Part shown: piece after piece, positions 1-12,888 of the stretch | How positions within the stretch are numbered: the stretch's first letter is position 1 | Layout: the number at the start of each line of letters is the position of its first letter | Assembly: GCF_006345805.1 (NCBI RefSeq) | Contig: NC_043000.1 | Location: 114,700,001-114,764,000, forward strand | Direction: 5' to 3' | DNA: 64,000 nucleotides | DNA from: Octopus sinensis | Taxonomy: Eukaryota | Program-made: the position numbers and the translations under genes | The notes under the pieces: model-generated | Seen by the model: only the letters and a program-made list of their open reading frames with translations | What the model was told of the DNA's origin: nothing | The model's database searches: none

Positions 1-406
1 GGTGTACCTGAGTGTAGCCTCAAGGTAGAAGGAGGTAAATGTAAATGGAGTGGTACAAAGGATTGGTCAGGGTGAGCAAGGAAGGAGATCAGAAGAGTGT
101 AAAAGGAGGGCGGGAGAGGGGGAAAGAGAAGGGGGACGCAGTGAGCAGTGGATACGGGTGTATAGGGGAGTAACAGGAAAGCAATGATACAGTTGGCAAG
201 AGGACGACAAGAGAGAGGGAGATGAGATGGCAAGCAGCATTGGGTTGCAGAAGCCAGGGGCCAGAGACAAGGGTCATACATGACGAGATGTAGTTTGGTT
301 CATTGGAGCAGGGGTGAGGATGAATTTATGTAGCATGTGGGTGGAGAACACAAAATACACAGTGATCCCAGTTTCACTGAGGTGGGAAGGTTTTCTCCAG
401 GACCTC

Positions 407-850
407 ATACCTATTTCTTTACTACCCACAGGGGGCTAAACACAGCGAGGACAAACAAGAATAGACAAATGGATTAAGTCGATTATTTCGACCCCAGTGC
501 GTAACTAGTACTTATTTAATTGACCCCGAAAGGATGAAAGGCAAAGTCGACCTCGGCGGAATTCGAACTTACAACGTAAAGACAGACAAAGTACGGCTAA
601 GAATTTTGCCTAGCGTGCTAACGTTTCTTATTTCTGTATTGCCCACAAGGGGCTAAACACAAAAGGGACAAACAAGGACAAACAAGTGGATTAAGTCGAT
701 TATATCGACCCCAGTGCGTAACTGGTACTTATTTAATCAACCCCAAATGGATGAAAGGCAAAGTCGACCTCGGCAGAATTTGAACTCAGAACGTAGTGGC
801 AGACAAAACATTGCTAAGCATTTCGGCCGGCATGCTAACGTTTCTGCCAG
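407..850 (-). mobile_element. tRNA-derived SINE family B, head-to-tail dimer
   Basis: B-box gagttcaaattc, gtcgactttgcctttcatcc core and tail ...cccttgtggg...aaagaaata, present twice. Confidence 0.8.
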
Positions 851-2430
851 CTCATACCCCAGTCTGTTGTCATCTCTATGAGATTCAACATCGTCAGATC
901 AGCCCTCATTACTTCATGCTATCATTTCTTGGGTCTCCCTTTTCTGAAGTTCCATCTGCTTTAAGTAACTGGCAAGCTGTTCTCATTCATATGTATCACA
1001 TGACCATTGACCATTGACCACTGACCATTGCAGTCTTCTCTCTCTCATGTTGATTCTCATTCCTCTTATCCCCAGCTTTTCTTTCAACACATTCACATTT
1101 CGTTGTCCACACCGATGTTGCACATCCACCAGAGCATACTAATTTCATTCCTCTCCAATTTCCACATGCCCGCTGCATTCAGAGCCCACATCCTACTACC
1201 ATAAGGCATTGCTGTTCATATACAAGCATCATACCTTCACTCTGTGAGGGAGGCCTTTTGTTGCCAACAAAGGTAATTGGTCTTTGAACTCTCTCCATTC
1301 TATTCTTATTCTAGTAATTATACTTTCTGAACATCTTCTACTGATAATTTGGTCACCTTTACTCTTTTACTTGTTTCAGTCATTTGACTGCAGCCATGCT
1401 GGAGCACCGCCTTTAGTTGAGCAAATCGACCCCAAGACTTATTCTTTGTAAGCCTAGTACTTAGTCTATCGGTCTCTTTTGCCGAAACGCTAAGTCATGG
1501 GGACGTAAACACACCAGCATTGGTTGTCAAGCAATGTTGGGGGGACAAACACACACACACATATATATACATATATACGACAAACTTCTTTCAGTTTTCG
1601 TCAACCAAGTCCACTCACAAGGCATTGGTCGACCCGAGGCTATATTAGAAGATACTTGCCCAAGGTACCACGCAGTGGGACTGAACCCGGAACCATGTGG
1701 TTGGTAAGCATGCTACTTACCACATAGCCACTCCTGCGCCTAACAAAAATTATCTACAGCCTCTAGGGAGCATCCTGGGCATTTCAGAAAATCTAATTCC
1801 TCTTTGTCCTTTGTGCTTATTGTTCCTGTGCATCTTTCTCTGTTCACCTACCTGTGATTCCACTGCACCTCTTAAGTGTCCATAGCTTGCACTGGGTGCA
1901 TCAAATGGAATTCTTTCCAACAACTTTCCTACATATTGAACAGAGCCATTTACCTGATGGAATGAAAGCATTAACTGCTTACATGCTAACAACAATTTTG
2001 GTCTTTGCTAAGTTAACTTCAAGACCTTTTAATTCCAAGTTTTCATTCCACACATGGAATTTCTTTTCCAATTCTCTTAAAAGAGTGAGGCCATCAGCAA
2101 ACAGTAGCTCCAGCAATCAGCCTGTCTCAAATTCCTCTGTTATGGCCTGGAGACCATGATGAATAAGCGGAGACTTTGAACAGAGCTCTGATGAACTCTT
2201 ATCTGAGTACTAAATTCATCAGTGCTTATCGCTGACTCTCACCCTAGTGACAGAACCTAACTTCTTATATATCAAAGCTTGCAGGAACCTGTTGTGAGCT
2301 TTCTCCAGGCTGACAAATATCAAGTACAATGGTTTACTATTAGCCAGATACTTTCCCTGAAACTGTCTCAATAAAAAGATTGCATCTGTAGTACTTCTCC
2401 ATGGCACAAAACCTAACCGCATCTCATCTA
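850..2430 (-). mobile_element. Degenerate RTE-clade LINE ORF fragment, interrupted by a SINE at 1359-1740
   Basis: GFVPWRSTTDAIFLLRQ...LYLIFVSLEKA (RT); SGKWLCSICRKVVGKNSI*CTQCKLW; EAVDNFC|GDQ split by the SINE. Confidence 0.8.
1359..1740 (-). mobile_element. tRNA-derived SINE family A
   Basis: Head ggcgcaggagtggctatgtggtaag...gggttcagtccc, internal microsatellite, tail gactgaaacaagtaaaagag. Confidence 0.85.
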
Positions 2431-2503
2431 GTCTAACTCTGCTCTTAATGAATTAGGCTATAACTTTCTTCTGTAACTTTCACGACTTAGTCAAGCATTT
2501 TAT

Positions 2504-2720
2504 CCCTTTCGTTACTGTATTTATTTTGAGATGCTCTGTGTTTCTTTCACTTACTTTAAATATAACAAAGAATTTAGTAAAATAACTTGGTTATTATTAA
2601 GCTAGTGCTAGGAACATAAATTGTGACTAAAGTTTGGTGGAAGATTTTAATTCTAAACTTATGAAAACAAGACATTTGTACTCGCTAGAGCCGGTTTCAG
2701 CCGGGTTGGTAACAAAAGGG
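2504..2720. mobile_element. piggyBac-type MITE
   Basis: CCCTTTCGTTAC...GTAACAAAAGGG flanked by TTAT/TTAA. Confidence 0.75.
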
Positions 2721-3026
2721 TTAATACCTCTGTAACTGACATCTCCTTTACCCTTGTAGCAGCTGACTATAATGCTAATTGTTGGGTATGAGCCCTTCCT
2801 GTGTCACCTGGTGACTATTGGAATGTAATGTATTGCACAAAACAATAGTGTAGTGTTCAATGTTACAATGCAGAGTATAGTGCAGGAGATATAAGGGGAA
2901 GCATTGCCAGGGGAGATCATAAAGGATCGGGAAGAAGTCAAACAAAATGATGAAGATGATGATGATGGCAATGATGAGTGCAATGACAATGGCAGCAATA
3001 CATCTCAGCTCAACCCTAGGGTAGTG

Positions 3027-3440
3027 GTACCTATTTCTTTACTACCCACAAGGGGCTAAACACAGAGAGGACAAACAAGGACAGACAAACGGATAAAGTC
3101 GATTAAATCGACTCCAGCGCGTAACTGGTACTTATTTAATCGACCCTGAAAGGATGAAAGGCAAAGTCGACTTCGGCGGAATTCGAACTCACAACGTAAT
3201 GGCAGATGAAATACCTATTTCTTTACTACCCACAAGGGGCTAAACACAGAGAGGACAAACAAGGACAGAAAAACAGATTAAATCGATTATATCAACCCCA
3301 GCACATAACTGGTATTTATTTAATCGACCCTGAAAGGATGAAAGGCAAAGTCGACCTCGGCAGAATTTGAACTCAGAACGTAGCAGCAGACGATATACCG
3401 CTAAGCATTTTGCCTGGCATGCTAATGATTCTGCCAGCTT
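3027..3440 (-). mobile_element. SINE family B dimer
   Basis: Two tandem units as at 407-850. Confidence 0.8.
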
Positions 3441-4009
3441 GCCGGCTAGGGTAGATGGTACCCCAGGCAAGTTGAACTTCGGCGTGTACAAGCTGGCAGT
3501 TGTGGAAATTTCCTTGTCTTTGTCACACCCTCCTTGGTGCCCGCTAACACCTGGTGCCCCGGGCGACTGCTGAAGTTGCCAGTGCCTTGAGTCAGCCCTG
3601 GAAGTAGGCATAGTTGTACGGATAAGAAGCTTCTTTCACAATTAAGTGGTTCCAGGATCAATCTCTCTGCTATGGTCTCAATTGGACCGATACCTTGTGA
3701 TTGGAATTTGGTACATGAAAACCAACCAGAGAGATTGTAGCTGTTCATGTGGGGTGGACATAATCCAATATTCTACTTTGACCCTATTGAGGCTTCAGAT
3801 GAGGTCTCTGTCTTCAAGATAACCTAATTCATTTTCCACCCAACACAGTTTGAGAAGCTCTACAACAAATCTTGGGTACTGTAATGCTTCTAATAAGGTC
3901 ACAACAAAAGAAAATCAAAGAGAGGAGAAAACCTGACATGACAGCATCTAAATAAATAAATAAATAGATAAATAAATAAATAAATAAATAAACAAAATAG
4001 TTGACTGAC

Positions 4010-4131
4010 CTAATCTGGCCCTGAATACGGCCAAGTTCACAGGCTTCCTTCGCTGCCATAGCATATCCAGTTTCAAAACTACTTTGAAGAACTTGCTCTT
4101 CACCACCATCAACACCATCTCGGAATCCTGC
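4010..4131 (-). CDS. YAE1: YAE1 homologue, coding exon 2 (122 bp, Yae1_N / GX3 region)
   Basis: Acceptor tttgtttacag|GCA at 4132/4131 and donor AG|GTCAGT at 4010/4009. Translates AGFRDGVDGGEEQVLQSSFETGYAMAAKEACELGRIQGQI, matching the Yae1 pattern G(Y/F)RDG-x3-G-x4-LQ-x2-F-x2-GY...G-x3-G. Confidence 0.9.
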
Positions 4132-4257
4132 CTGTAAACAAATAAACAGATAAACAATCACATGATGGATATTCTGAAGAAAATAGTTGAAGATAAACAT
4201 TTAGAAAATGGTGAGTCTTATAAAGGAAAAAAAAATGAGAAGAATTAAGAGAACACA

Positions 4258-4380
4258 TTGAAGAGCGCAGGCTCAAAACGTAATAGACTTTTTCATTTTC
4301 CCAAGCCTCAAACTAATACACTTGCTTGTTGTTCATACACCTGTTTCTGTCATTTGTTTTTCTATAAACTTCAACCATAT
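4258..4380 (+). mobile_element. Third, 5'-clipped copy of the hammerhead-bearing fragment
   Basis: TTGA-A-GAGC-gcag-GCTC-AAAA-CGTA-ATAGAC, then the homologous ctaatac...cacctg...(TA) tail. Confidence 0.55.
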
Positions 4381-4618
4381 ATACATGTAAGTCATCTAAA
4401 AGTCCATCAGTCAGGAAAAAAGACACATTCATATATTTGTCAATAGAGTGGGCGTGTTATCTGAAGTATACAGTATTATATAACCATAACAGTCAATCTT
4501 AACAATGGGTTTCATGCTAGGGGTACAACAGAGGTTTAGGTAACAATCCATTCTATGTCTAGCAGGAAACTGATTGTAAGATTGGATGTGATGGATATAT
4601 AATATGGTACACTTCAGA

Positions 4619-5017
4619 TAGGAGTGGCTGTGTGGTAAGTAGCTTCCTTACCAACCACATGGTTCAGGGTTTAGTGTCACTGTGTGGCACCTTGGGCAAG
4701 TGTCTTCTACTATAGTCTCAGGCCGACCAAAGCCTTGTCAGTGGATTTGGTAGACAGAAACTGAAAGAAGCCCATCGTATACATATATATATATATGTAT
4801 ATGTATGTGTGTATATATGTTTGTTGTCTGTCTTTGTCCCTAACATCGCTTGACAACTGATGTTGGTGTGTTTATATCCCTGTCACTTAGCAGTTCAGCA
4901 AAAGAGACTGATAGAATAAGTACTAGGCTTACAAAGAATAAGTTCTGGGATCGATTTGCTCAACTAAAGGAGGTGCTCCAGCACGGCCGCAGTCAGATGA
5001 CTGAAACAAGTAAAAGA
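4619..5017 (+). mobile_element. SINE family A
   Basis: Full-length head, body and tail. Confidence 0.85.
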
Positions 5018-5049
<32 letters not shown>

Positions 5050-7219
5050 GCTAAATATATATACACACACACTACACCCATTACATAGAATCTTTTTATT
5101 ACAAATGCACACACCTAAACTTCTGTACAAGTACACAAGTGACACACTTCCCCTATTTAACTTTCAAACACCCACCCACCCACACACACACACACACACA
5201 AACTACCCTTTTTATACACAAACACACACAATTACACTGTAAAGCACACACACACACATACAATATCTATGCTTCTAAACATTTATATTAACATGACAGT
5301 GATGATAGGGGTACACACAGAACTTCTGTACACCCACACCCACACACAACAACCACATACACAAAACTAAACTTCTTTAAACACACACACACACACGCGG
5401 CCAATGTTACACATGCACGCACACTCCACTTCCACACAAAGACAAAACCCATAGACCCCAGTTTTTCAAGTCTGTAAAAGTAATAAATGACTCACTGAGG
5501 TGGAGGGGGGAAGGGAGGGGACACCCTGCAGGGGTGGGACCGGTAGGGGTGGGGAGGGAGAAGGAGGATGTGATGAGGTTTCAATGAATCACAGAAAGAC
5601 ATAAAAACAAAGGGTGAAGAATGTCCCCTCCACTTTGCAACATCCATGGCAATATCATTCTTGAAAAGGAATTTCCTCTTCTTGCTCTGATCCCTTACCA
5701 TTCCATACATTATCTCTACATCAACACCATTAAGCACCCCCTCACCATTAAACACACCCTCGCCTTTTTACACTGTCCACACATGCACAGGCACACACAC
5801 ACACACACCTTTCTAACTAGACTATTCTGTCTGCACACAATTATATGGTCCCTTGAACTGCTAGAAATAGCAGTCAAATGCAACCTCTAACCACATCCAA
5901 AAACCTTAAAATAAAGGACACATGATATACCTGATATAAATAGATGGGATGGTCATGGATGGAATGTATTTGATTATTAGTATAATCAGTAACAAGCTCT
6001 CTCAACACTCAAATTTTATCCACTATTACTATTATTGCCAAATTTTGAAATCACATCACTATTATTATTATTATTATTATTATTATCATCATCATCACTA
6101 TTATTATTATTTCGCCTTTCATAGTCAATAAAATAAATACCAGTTATTTGTTGGGGTTGATGTAGTCGACTTATTTCTTCCTCTGAAATAGTTGGCCTTG
6201 TGCCAAAAATAGAAACCAATGTTTATTTTTAGACCAGTGTGTGCACAGTGTGAGGTAATTCAGGTGTTATGCCAGACATTCTCCATCTACTTCCATATTT
6301 CCACAATAACCTGACCACAATGCTTTCAATTTAAACTTATTCAGCTATGCCAGTGAGTCACAACCTATATCTTTGTGTACAGCTTTCATCACCAATGTTC
6401 CCATCAAGTTGGCAGAACAACAAAAACCTCCATTATACAAGATAACATCTTCAACTGTCAACTTAGTCTCCAATGATTTAAATGGTTGTCTAACAACAGA
6501 ACAATTTACTCCGGATATAATTAAACAGTTATTAATATACCAGATAAAATCATTACCAGTCTCTGATTATATATTTACATATTTTATAATCTTTCTTTTC
6601 AACCAGTTTCAGCCTGTGGGCTGTGACCATGCTGGAGCATTGCCAACTATAACATTACTTTCTTCAAGAAAAATCAATCATCTTCATCATTATCCCATTC
6701 ATCCAAGCCAATATTACAAACAAATTCTTATCAGGATTAGGCACCAACACATGGTATTTCACATCCTTTTATAGTATATCTTTCAAAACTAAAATGCTAT
6801 CATTTTTAAGGCCCATCATTATATATATGCAGGTGTTATTCTCAGCAAATCACAATTTTTGCTAAAAGTAAATATTAGAGGCCAATGATCTGAGGTAAAT
6901 TAAAATTTTTGAACAAGCTGAAAATGTCATGCTCTTTGAATACACCATGCAATCACTAAAGTTTCCCTTTCTATATTTGAGCCCTCTTTCTGTTTTTTTT
7001 TTTTTTTTTCGTGGTTATGGTTAAAGCTCCTGACAAATATAGTAGAGGGTAGTACCACTGTGAAAGTATCCCTAATATAGCCTTTCATCTGCAGCAGTTC
7101 TCAAACAGGGATCATATAAGATTTTTGAGAGGTCCACACAAGCAAAATAATAAATTCAGGATGCACAGAATGTTTTAAGGGTCCCTGAACAAATTTTGCT
7201 TTCAATGTATTTATTGCAA

Positions 7220-7863
7220 CAAACAGGTTTCTTTCTCTCATGTTTTATATACTTTAACCCGTTTCCAGTCACTGAAACACGTTCCTCTCAAGGGAGTGTT
7301 ATTACAAATTTACACAAGTGAGGGTGTCAAGAGCACCATCCAAGCATGATGGGTGCTAAGAGTACCATCTGAGGGTGATCGTTGCCAGAGCAGCCAACTG
7401 GCTTCAGTACCAGTGGCACGTAAAAGGGCACCATTCGAGTGTGATCGTTACCAACGTCGCCTTACTGGCACCTGTGCCGGTGGCATGTGTATAAACATTC
7501 GAGCGAGGTCATTGCCAGTACCGCCTGACTGGCCCCAGTGCCAAACAGGTTTCTTTCTCTCATGTTTTATATACTTTAACCCGTTTCCAGTCACTGAAAC
7601 ACGTTCCTCTCAAGGGAGTGTTATTACAAATTTACACAAGTGAGGGTGTCAAGAGCACCATCCAAGCATGATGGGTGCTAAGAGTACCATCTGAGGGTGA
7701 TCGTTGCCAGAGCAGCCAACTGGCTTCAGTACCAGTGGCACGTAAAAGGGCACCATTCGAGCGTGATCGTTACCAACGTCGCCTTACTGGCACCTGTGCC
7801 GGTGGCATGTGTATAAACATTCGAGCGAGGTCATTGCCAGTACCGCCTGACTGGCCCCTGTGC
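7220..7863. repeat. 322-bp direct tandem duplication
   Basis: caaacaggtttc starts at 7220 and 7542; about 2 mismatches. Confidence 0.95.
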
Positions 7864-8055
7864 CGGTGGCACGTAAAAAGCACCCACTACAATCTCAGTG
7901 TGGTTGGCATTAGGAAGGGCATCCAGCTGTAGAAACTCTGCCAGATCAAGATGGGAACCTGGTGCAGCCATCTGGTTTGCCAGACCTCAGTCAAAATCGT
8001 CCAACCCATGCTATAGCATGGAAAGCAGACGTTAAACAATGATGATGATGATGAA
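7320..8055 (+). mobile_element. Family C: (GAT)n-tailed non-autonomous element with RTE-like 3' end
   Basis: gtggcacgtaaaaagcacccactac...gtccaacccatgctagcatggaaagcagacgttaaac(gat)n. Confidence 0.75.
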
Positions 8056-9932
8056 TGTGTTAAAAACAGAATAGGAATTTTGAAAGACATATCCATAAAA
8101 CTAGTTTTTAAATTTCAAATGACTGTTCAGGTCCACCAGGTTAGAATAGTAATCAAAGCGGGGTCCAAAGGTAAAAAGTGGTTGAAAATCTCTGAGACGG
8201 TGTTATCTCTTTTGTGACGTCATAAATTTAGACTACTGGCTTTGGTATTAACTTCCCTTTTATATCTTCAAAAATGTCTTTCGCTGTAGAATTCCTTAAG
8301 AAAATGGAAAACTTCAATTAGAAAATGTGATGCAGTGGCAGTACCTGGTCTCAATAATGGTCCATATATTTCCAAGAGAAACTGACAAGTTTATCAACAG
8401 ATTATAACTGGGGTTTTTTTTTTTATCCTTTGATAGCTTTACATCCATAATTCTCATAACAAATCACATGATCTCTGCCAGTCTTTTCCCCAAAAGATAA
8501 TACTTCAATCCCTAATGCAGATACAACTCAACTGATCACCATCCCTGATAACTCCAATCTATTTAAGGTCTTATCTATGTTCATACATAAAATTTAGGTT
8601 CTTATCTATGATCATACATAAAATTTCAACAGTTTTAACAATAATACATACATCATCATCGCCAAGGTCAACTTTGCTTTTTATCCTTTTAGGGTCAATA
8701 AAATAAGTACTAATTGAACTCTGGGGTCAATGTAATCAGCTTACCCCCACCCCGCCCCCTGCCTCTGCTGGCTTTGTACCAAAACTTGAAACCAATAATT
8801 GTCAGCTTTTCTATACCGGTGTAGTTTGGCTAGGTTATCACAACTCATGTCAGAGCTTATTTGGAATTCCTGCCCTCCTAGGCCTAACTCAGTCCATTCT
8901 TGATATGGTTTTCAAAGCTGACTATCACTTCCTTTCATCAATCACTTTACAGAGTTTACAGGATCCGTTTCATTGTGGTACCAACAGAAAGAGGTTACTT
9001 TGATCTAGCATCATCCCAAGAAATACATTATTATCAATGCCATTTCCAATTGTTCTCTGAAACTTAATGTTCAAAGTTTCAATTGTTATTGAAAGACATA
9101 TTCTGATTAAGAAGCATGATATATTTGTTGTCAGTTCTTCTCTTACTTCAGAATGCATTTCTGTCTCCTGAAATACCCCCACCCTCTCCACACACACTTA
9201 AAATCTAATTTGGCAAAATATCAACACTCCTTGACTGGTCCCCATGCCAGTGGCACATAAAAAGCACCATCGGGATGTGGCCTATGCCAGTACCCCCTGA
9301 TTGGCTCCTGTGCTGGTGGCATGTAAAAAATACTATCTGAACGTGATTGATGCCAGGCCTGCCTGACTGGCTCCTGTGCCAGTGGCACGTAAAAAGCACC
9401 CGCTACACTCTCGGAGTTGTTGGTGTTAGGAAGGGCATCCAGCTGTAGAAACCTTGCCAGATCAGATTGGAGCCTGGTGCAGCTGCTGGCTCTCCAGACT
9501 GGAGTCGAACCATCCAATCCATGCCAGCATGGAAAACGGACATTAAACAAAACAAATGAACAAAAATGCAGAAATGATAGTTATTTTATTGATTCCGAAA
9601 TGATGAAAGGCAAAGTCAACCTTGGCGGAATTAGAACACAGAACATAAGGATGGATGGAATGCTGCTAAGTATCTTGTCCAGCATGCTAACGATTCTGCC
9701 AGCTTGCCACCTTAGCAGAATAGAATCTTGGCTCAATATTTGGAGTGGGACAAGAAGATGAATAACTTCTTTCATTTACATCATATCCTTGCTATAAGGG
9801 ACGACTAAAAGAGTTGGCATCAGAAAACGCATCAAGTCATAAAATAAGTTTTTTAAAAAATCCCATCCAACCCATGGTTAAATGGAAAAGTTGATGATGA
9901 TGGTGGTGTTGGTGTTGGTGGTGATGACAACA

Positions 9933-9971
<39 letters not shown>

Positions 9972-10242
9972 GTAACAGATTCTGTGGTCTCTGTCCTCCC
10001 TTCACACATCCACAACAAAGAGGCTCATTTACTCTCCCCAAGAGGAACTTTTTAGCAAAGGACTTTCATTATCTCTCTCTCAGTTTCATTATGACTAATA
10101 ACTAGAAGCTTAATAATGTATATTTGTCCTGATTTTGTCTCAAAATGATATGACCTGATACTTCCTTTCATAAAATAGTCAGCCTTAAACCTCTAAATCC
10201 CCCAAATTATCCAGAAACTTCAATCTCAGGATATTAATAATA

Positions 10243-10244
<2 letters not shown>

Positions 10245-10291
<47 letters not shown>

Positions 10292-10545
10292 GCTTATTGT
10301 TTACAGTGCTCAAGTGCACTACAACTCATTAGGACAAAAGTGGCCAAAATTGCATAGAATAATGCACAGGAAGTGAACAATGAATGAGTTGTTTGAAAAA
10401 AAAAATGGTTGGGGCAAGAACACTGGGTGTATTGTTGATGAATTTCAGGAAGCATGGAAGTTTTGAAAGATGTAGTGCCCTGATAGCCAACTGCTGGTGC
10501 ACAGACTTTATTAAGGTTAAATTATCAAGCGCCATCACAAGCAAA
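10245..10545 (-). mobile_element. Family F: LINE-like 3' end with (ATC)n tail; second copy at 32830-33130 (+)
   Basis: Two homologous ~290-bp copies ending ...gagttgtagtgcac...tgtaaacaataagctc(atc)n. Confidence 0.6.
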
Positions 10546-10794
10546 TCATGATTTATTTTGTTTCACAAATTCAGCAACAAAAATGCTCAAAACATCTTTT
10601 CCTTTATCAGTTTCGATTAATGCATAAAATATTCTCAAATTTTCCACTGAATTATATCTATTTAACCCTTCTGATGCCAACCAGACTGAATACAAATGTC
10701 TTGTTTTCATAAGTTTTGAATTAAAATCTTCCACCAAACCTTAGTCACAATTTATGTTCCTAACACCAGCTTAATGATAACTAAGTTATTTTAC

Positions 10795-10935
10795 TTCGTC
10801 GAACCAATTCTACTATATGGCTCAGAAACCTGGACATTATTAAAGAAGCTTGAGAGGCGGTTGGATGGAACTTACACTCGCCTCCTTATGAGAGCTCAAA
10901 ATCTCTCGTGGAAGCGTCATCCAACCAAAGTACAA
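10795..10935 (+). mobile_element. LINE (RTE-like) RT C-terminal fragment
   Basis: VEPILLYGSETWTLLKKLERRLDGTYTRLLMRAQNLSW. Confidence 0.75.
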
Positions 10936-11632
10936 ACAGTCCAACCCATGCCAGCATGGAAGACAGATTTTAAATGGGGATGAATAATGTCTGGGAGATG
11001 TTCAATTCTTGCTGTGGCATCAATCAGCGCAACCAAGTCTCTTTGCTATTTAAGGTCACCAAGTAAAAGTTCCCTGTTATTAACCCAACAATGACACCAT
11101 TGTTCTCTGTTGTGTTAAGTTTGTCTAAATAAAGCCGTAGGTGCACGCGATCATTTACATTCAGAAGCTTTATTCAACAGAACAGCCAAACTCTGTGACA
11201 TTGAACTAGTAGCCACACGTTAAATAGGTTTAATCAGCAGGTAAAAAAAAAGACATCAACAACAAAAACGTGTAACACAATAACAATATTAGCGTAACAA
11301 TGACATCATAGTTACAGGGTGATGGTAGTGGTGGGGACACGAGGAAGAAAAAAAATCAGAATAAATATAAGTTTAAAAGTACCAGAACTTGTATAAAATG
11401 GTGTGTGTGAGTGAAAGAGAAAGAGAGAACAAGTGTGTGTATATGTGTATTAATCTGCGAGAGATAGACAGCAGTACTAGTATAGGTGAGGCCATCAGCT
11501 AGCCACATCCATAACCCAATATTCTCTGTTATGACTGACCAAATTAAGTTGTCTAGACATCACAGCTGCAGTGGATTAAGTTAGTCCACTCTACTCCATA
11601 AGGAGCTATTTTCCTGGGTCATCTGGTGTACT

Positions 11633-11968
11633 CTTTCACTCTTTTATTTGTTTCAGTCATTTGACTGCGGCCATGCTGGAGTACCACCTTTAGTCGAACA
11701 AATCGACTCCCACTACCAGGACTTATTCTATCGATCTCTTTTGCTGAACCGCTAAGTTACAGGGATGTAAACACACCAGCATTGGTTGTCAAGAGATGGT
11801 GGGGGATCAAACACACACACACAGAGTTTCCATCTACCAAATCCACTCAAGGTTCTAGTCAGCTTGAGGCTATATTAGAAGACACTCGCGCAAGGTACCA
11901 TGCAGTGGGACTGAACCTGGAACTATGTGGTTGGTAAGCAAGCTACTTACCACACAACCACTCCTACA
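11633..11968 (-). mobile_element. SINE family A
   Basis: Full-length head, body and tail. Confidence 0.8.
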
Positions 11969-12028
11969 CTTATATATATAAGTATGTATGTATGTATGTA
12001 TGTATGTATGTATGTATGTATGTATGCA

Positions 12029-12525
12029 TAGTCGGGTCATCGGCGACTAAACCGGTAACCCCAACAAGCTTGCTTGGTGAGGAGGGTGTTTATTGGACAC
12101 CCTGCAGGATGAAAAACAAAACCCGTCAAAGGGCGGAGGAACTCTTGAGAGTCAACAGCCATCCAATAAATGTCTTAAGGATGTATCATGCGCAGGGACA
12201 TAGAAATAATCGAACTGAATACCCGATCGCGTGGTTAAACCATTGGGAGTGAAGGACTCCTAGCCTTTGTTAGGGCATCCTTCTAGGAGAAGGTAACTCA
12301 GGTAACTGGGATAACTCCGACATAAAACCTGCAGCTCAGTGGTTACCGATGATGTTGACTTGTTCTTCTTTTCAGATTATGGCTGCTGTTGCTTAGTGAG
12401 TGGGATTGACTCAGTGAACAGCCTTTCCTCACTTTAAAAGAAATCTTCTTGCACATGCATTGCACGATAACAACATTGATTAAGCTTCATGCAATGGCCA
12501 TACTTGATAACGAGGGGGCAGCCAC
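12029..12525 (+). mobile_element. Probable RTE LINE 5'UTR-like segment between (TATG)n tracts
   Basis: GC-richer non-coding block with ggcatcc-tctaggagaagg-aactc, resembling RTE 5' regions from memory. Confidence 0.4.
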
Positions 12526-12888
12526 CATGTATGTATGTATATATGTTCTTCCCTGGATGTAATGCCAGTCTATCGCAGGATTACTCATTTTCACCAGCTG
12601 AGTGGACTGAAACAGCATGAAATGAAGTGTTTTGCTCAAGAACACAATGCATCACCCAGTCCAGGAATCGAAACCACAATCTTACAATCATAAGTCCAAC
12701 ACCCTAAACTACTAAGTCATTTATCTCTACCATAGCTGCAACACTCTCCATACTATAAGGACACATAATACATAAACTCAGATAGCCTGTACAGTGTGTC
12801 TAGTGTGACATTGACATAGACTGACTCAGTAAAACAGCTAGGTTACTATGTAGCGCCACATGTCAATATATAGACCACATGTGTAGTA

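Larger units (their letters stand above)
7092..8194. mobile_element. hAT-type MITE remnant containing a SINE insertion and a 322-bp duplication
   Basis: Ends cagcagttctcaaac / ggttgaaaatctctg; no TSD seen. Confidence 0.5.

Noticed and set aside
3830-3950. Candidate YAE1 exon 3 after nearby AG acceptors
   Set aside because: Phase-2 continuations stop within ~20 codons and show no YAE1-like sequence.
3829-4200. 123-aa ORF as a standalone gene
   Set aside because: Only 4131-4010 is YAE1-like and bounded by splice sites; the flanks are intronic (TAAA)n readthrough.
5600-5755. RTE C-terminal-like peptide (MVRD...DIAMDVAKWR)
   Set aside because: Too short and degenerate to call from sequence alone.
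8970-9197. 75-aa minus-strand ORF with an AG acceptor inside the YAE1 intron
   Set aside because: No donor or homology, and an in-frame stop would truncate YAE1.
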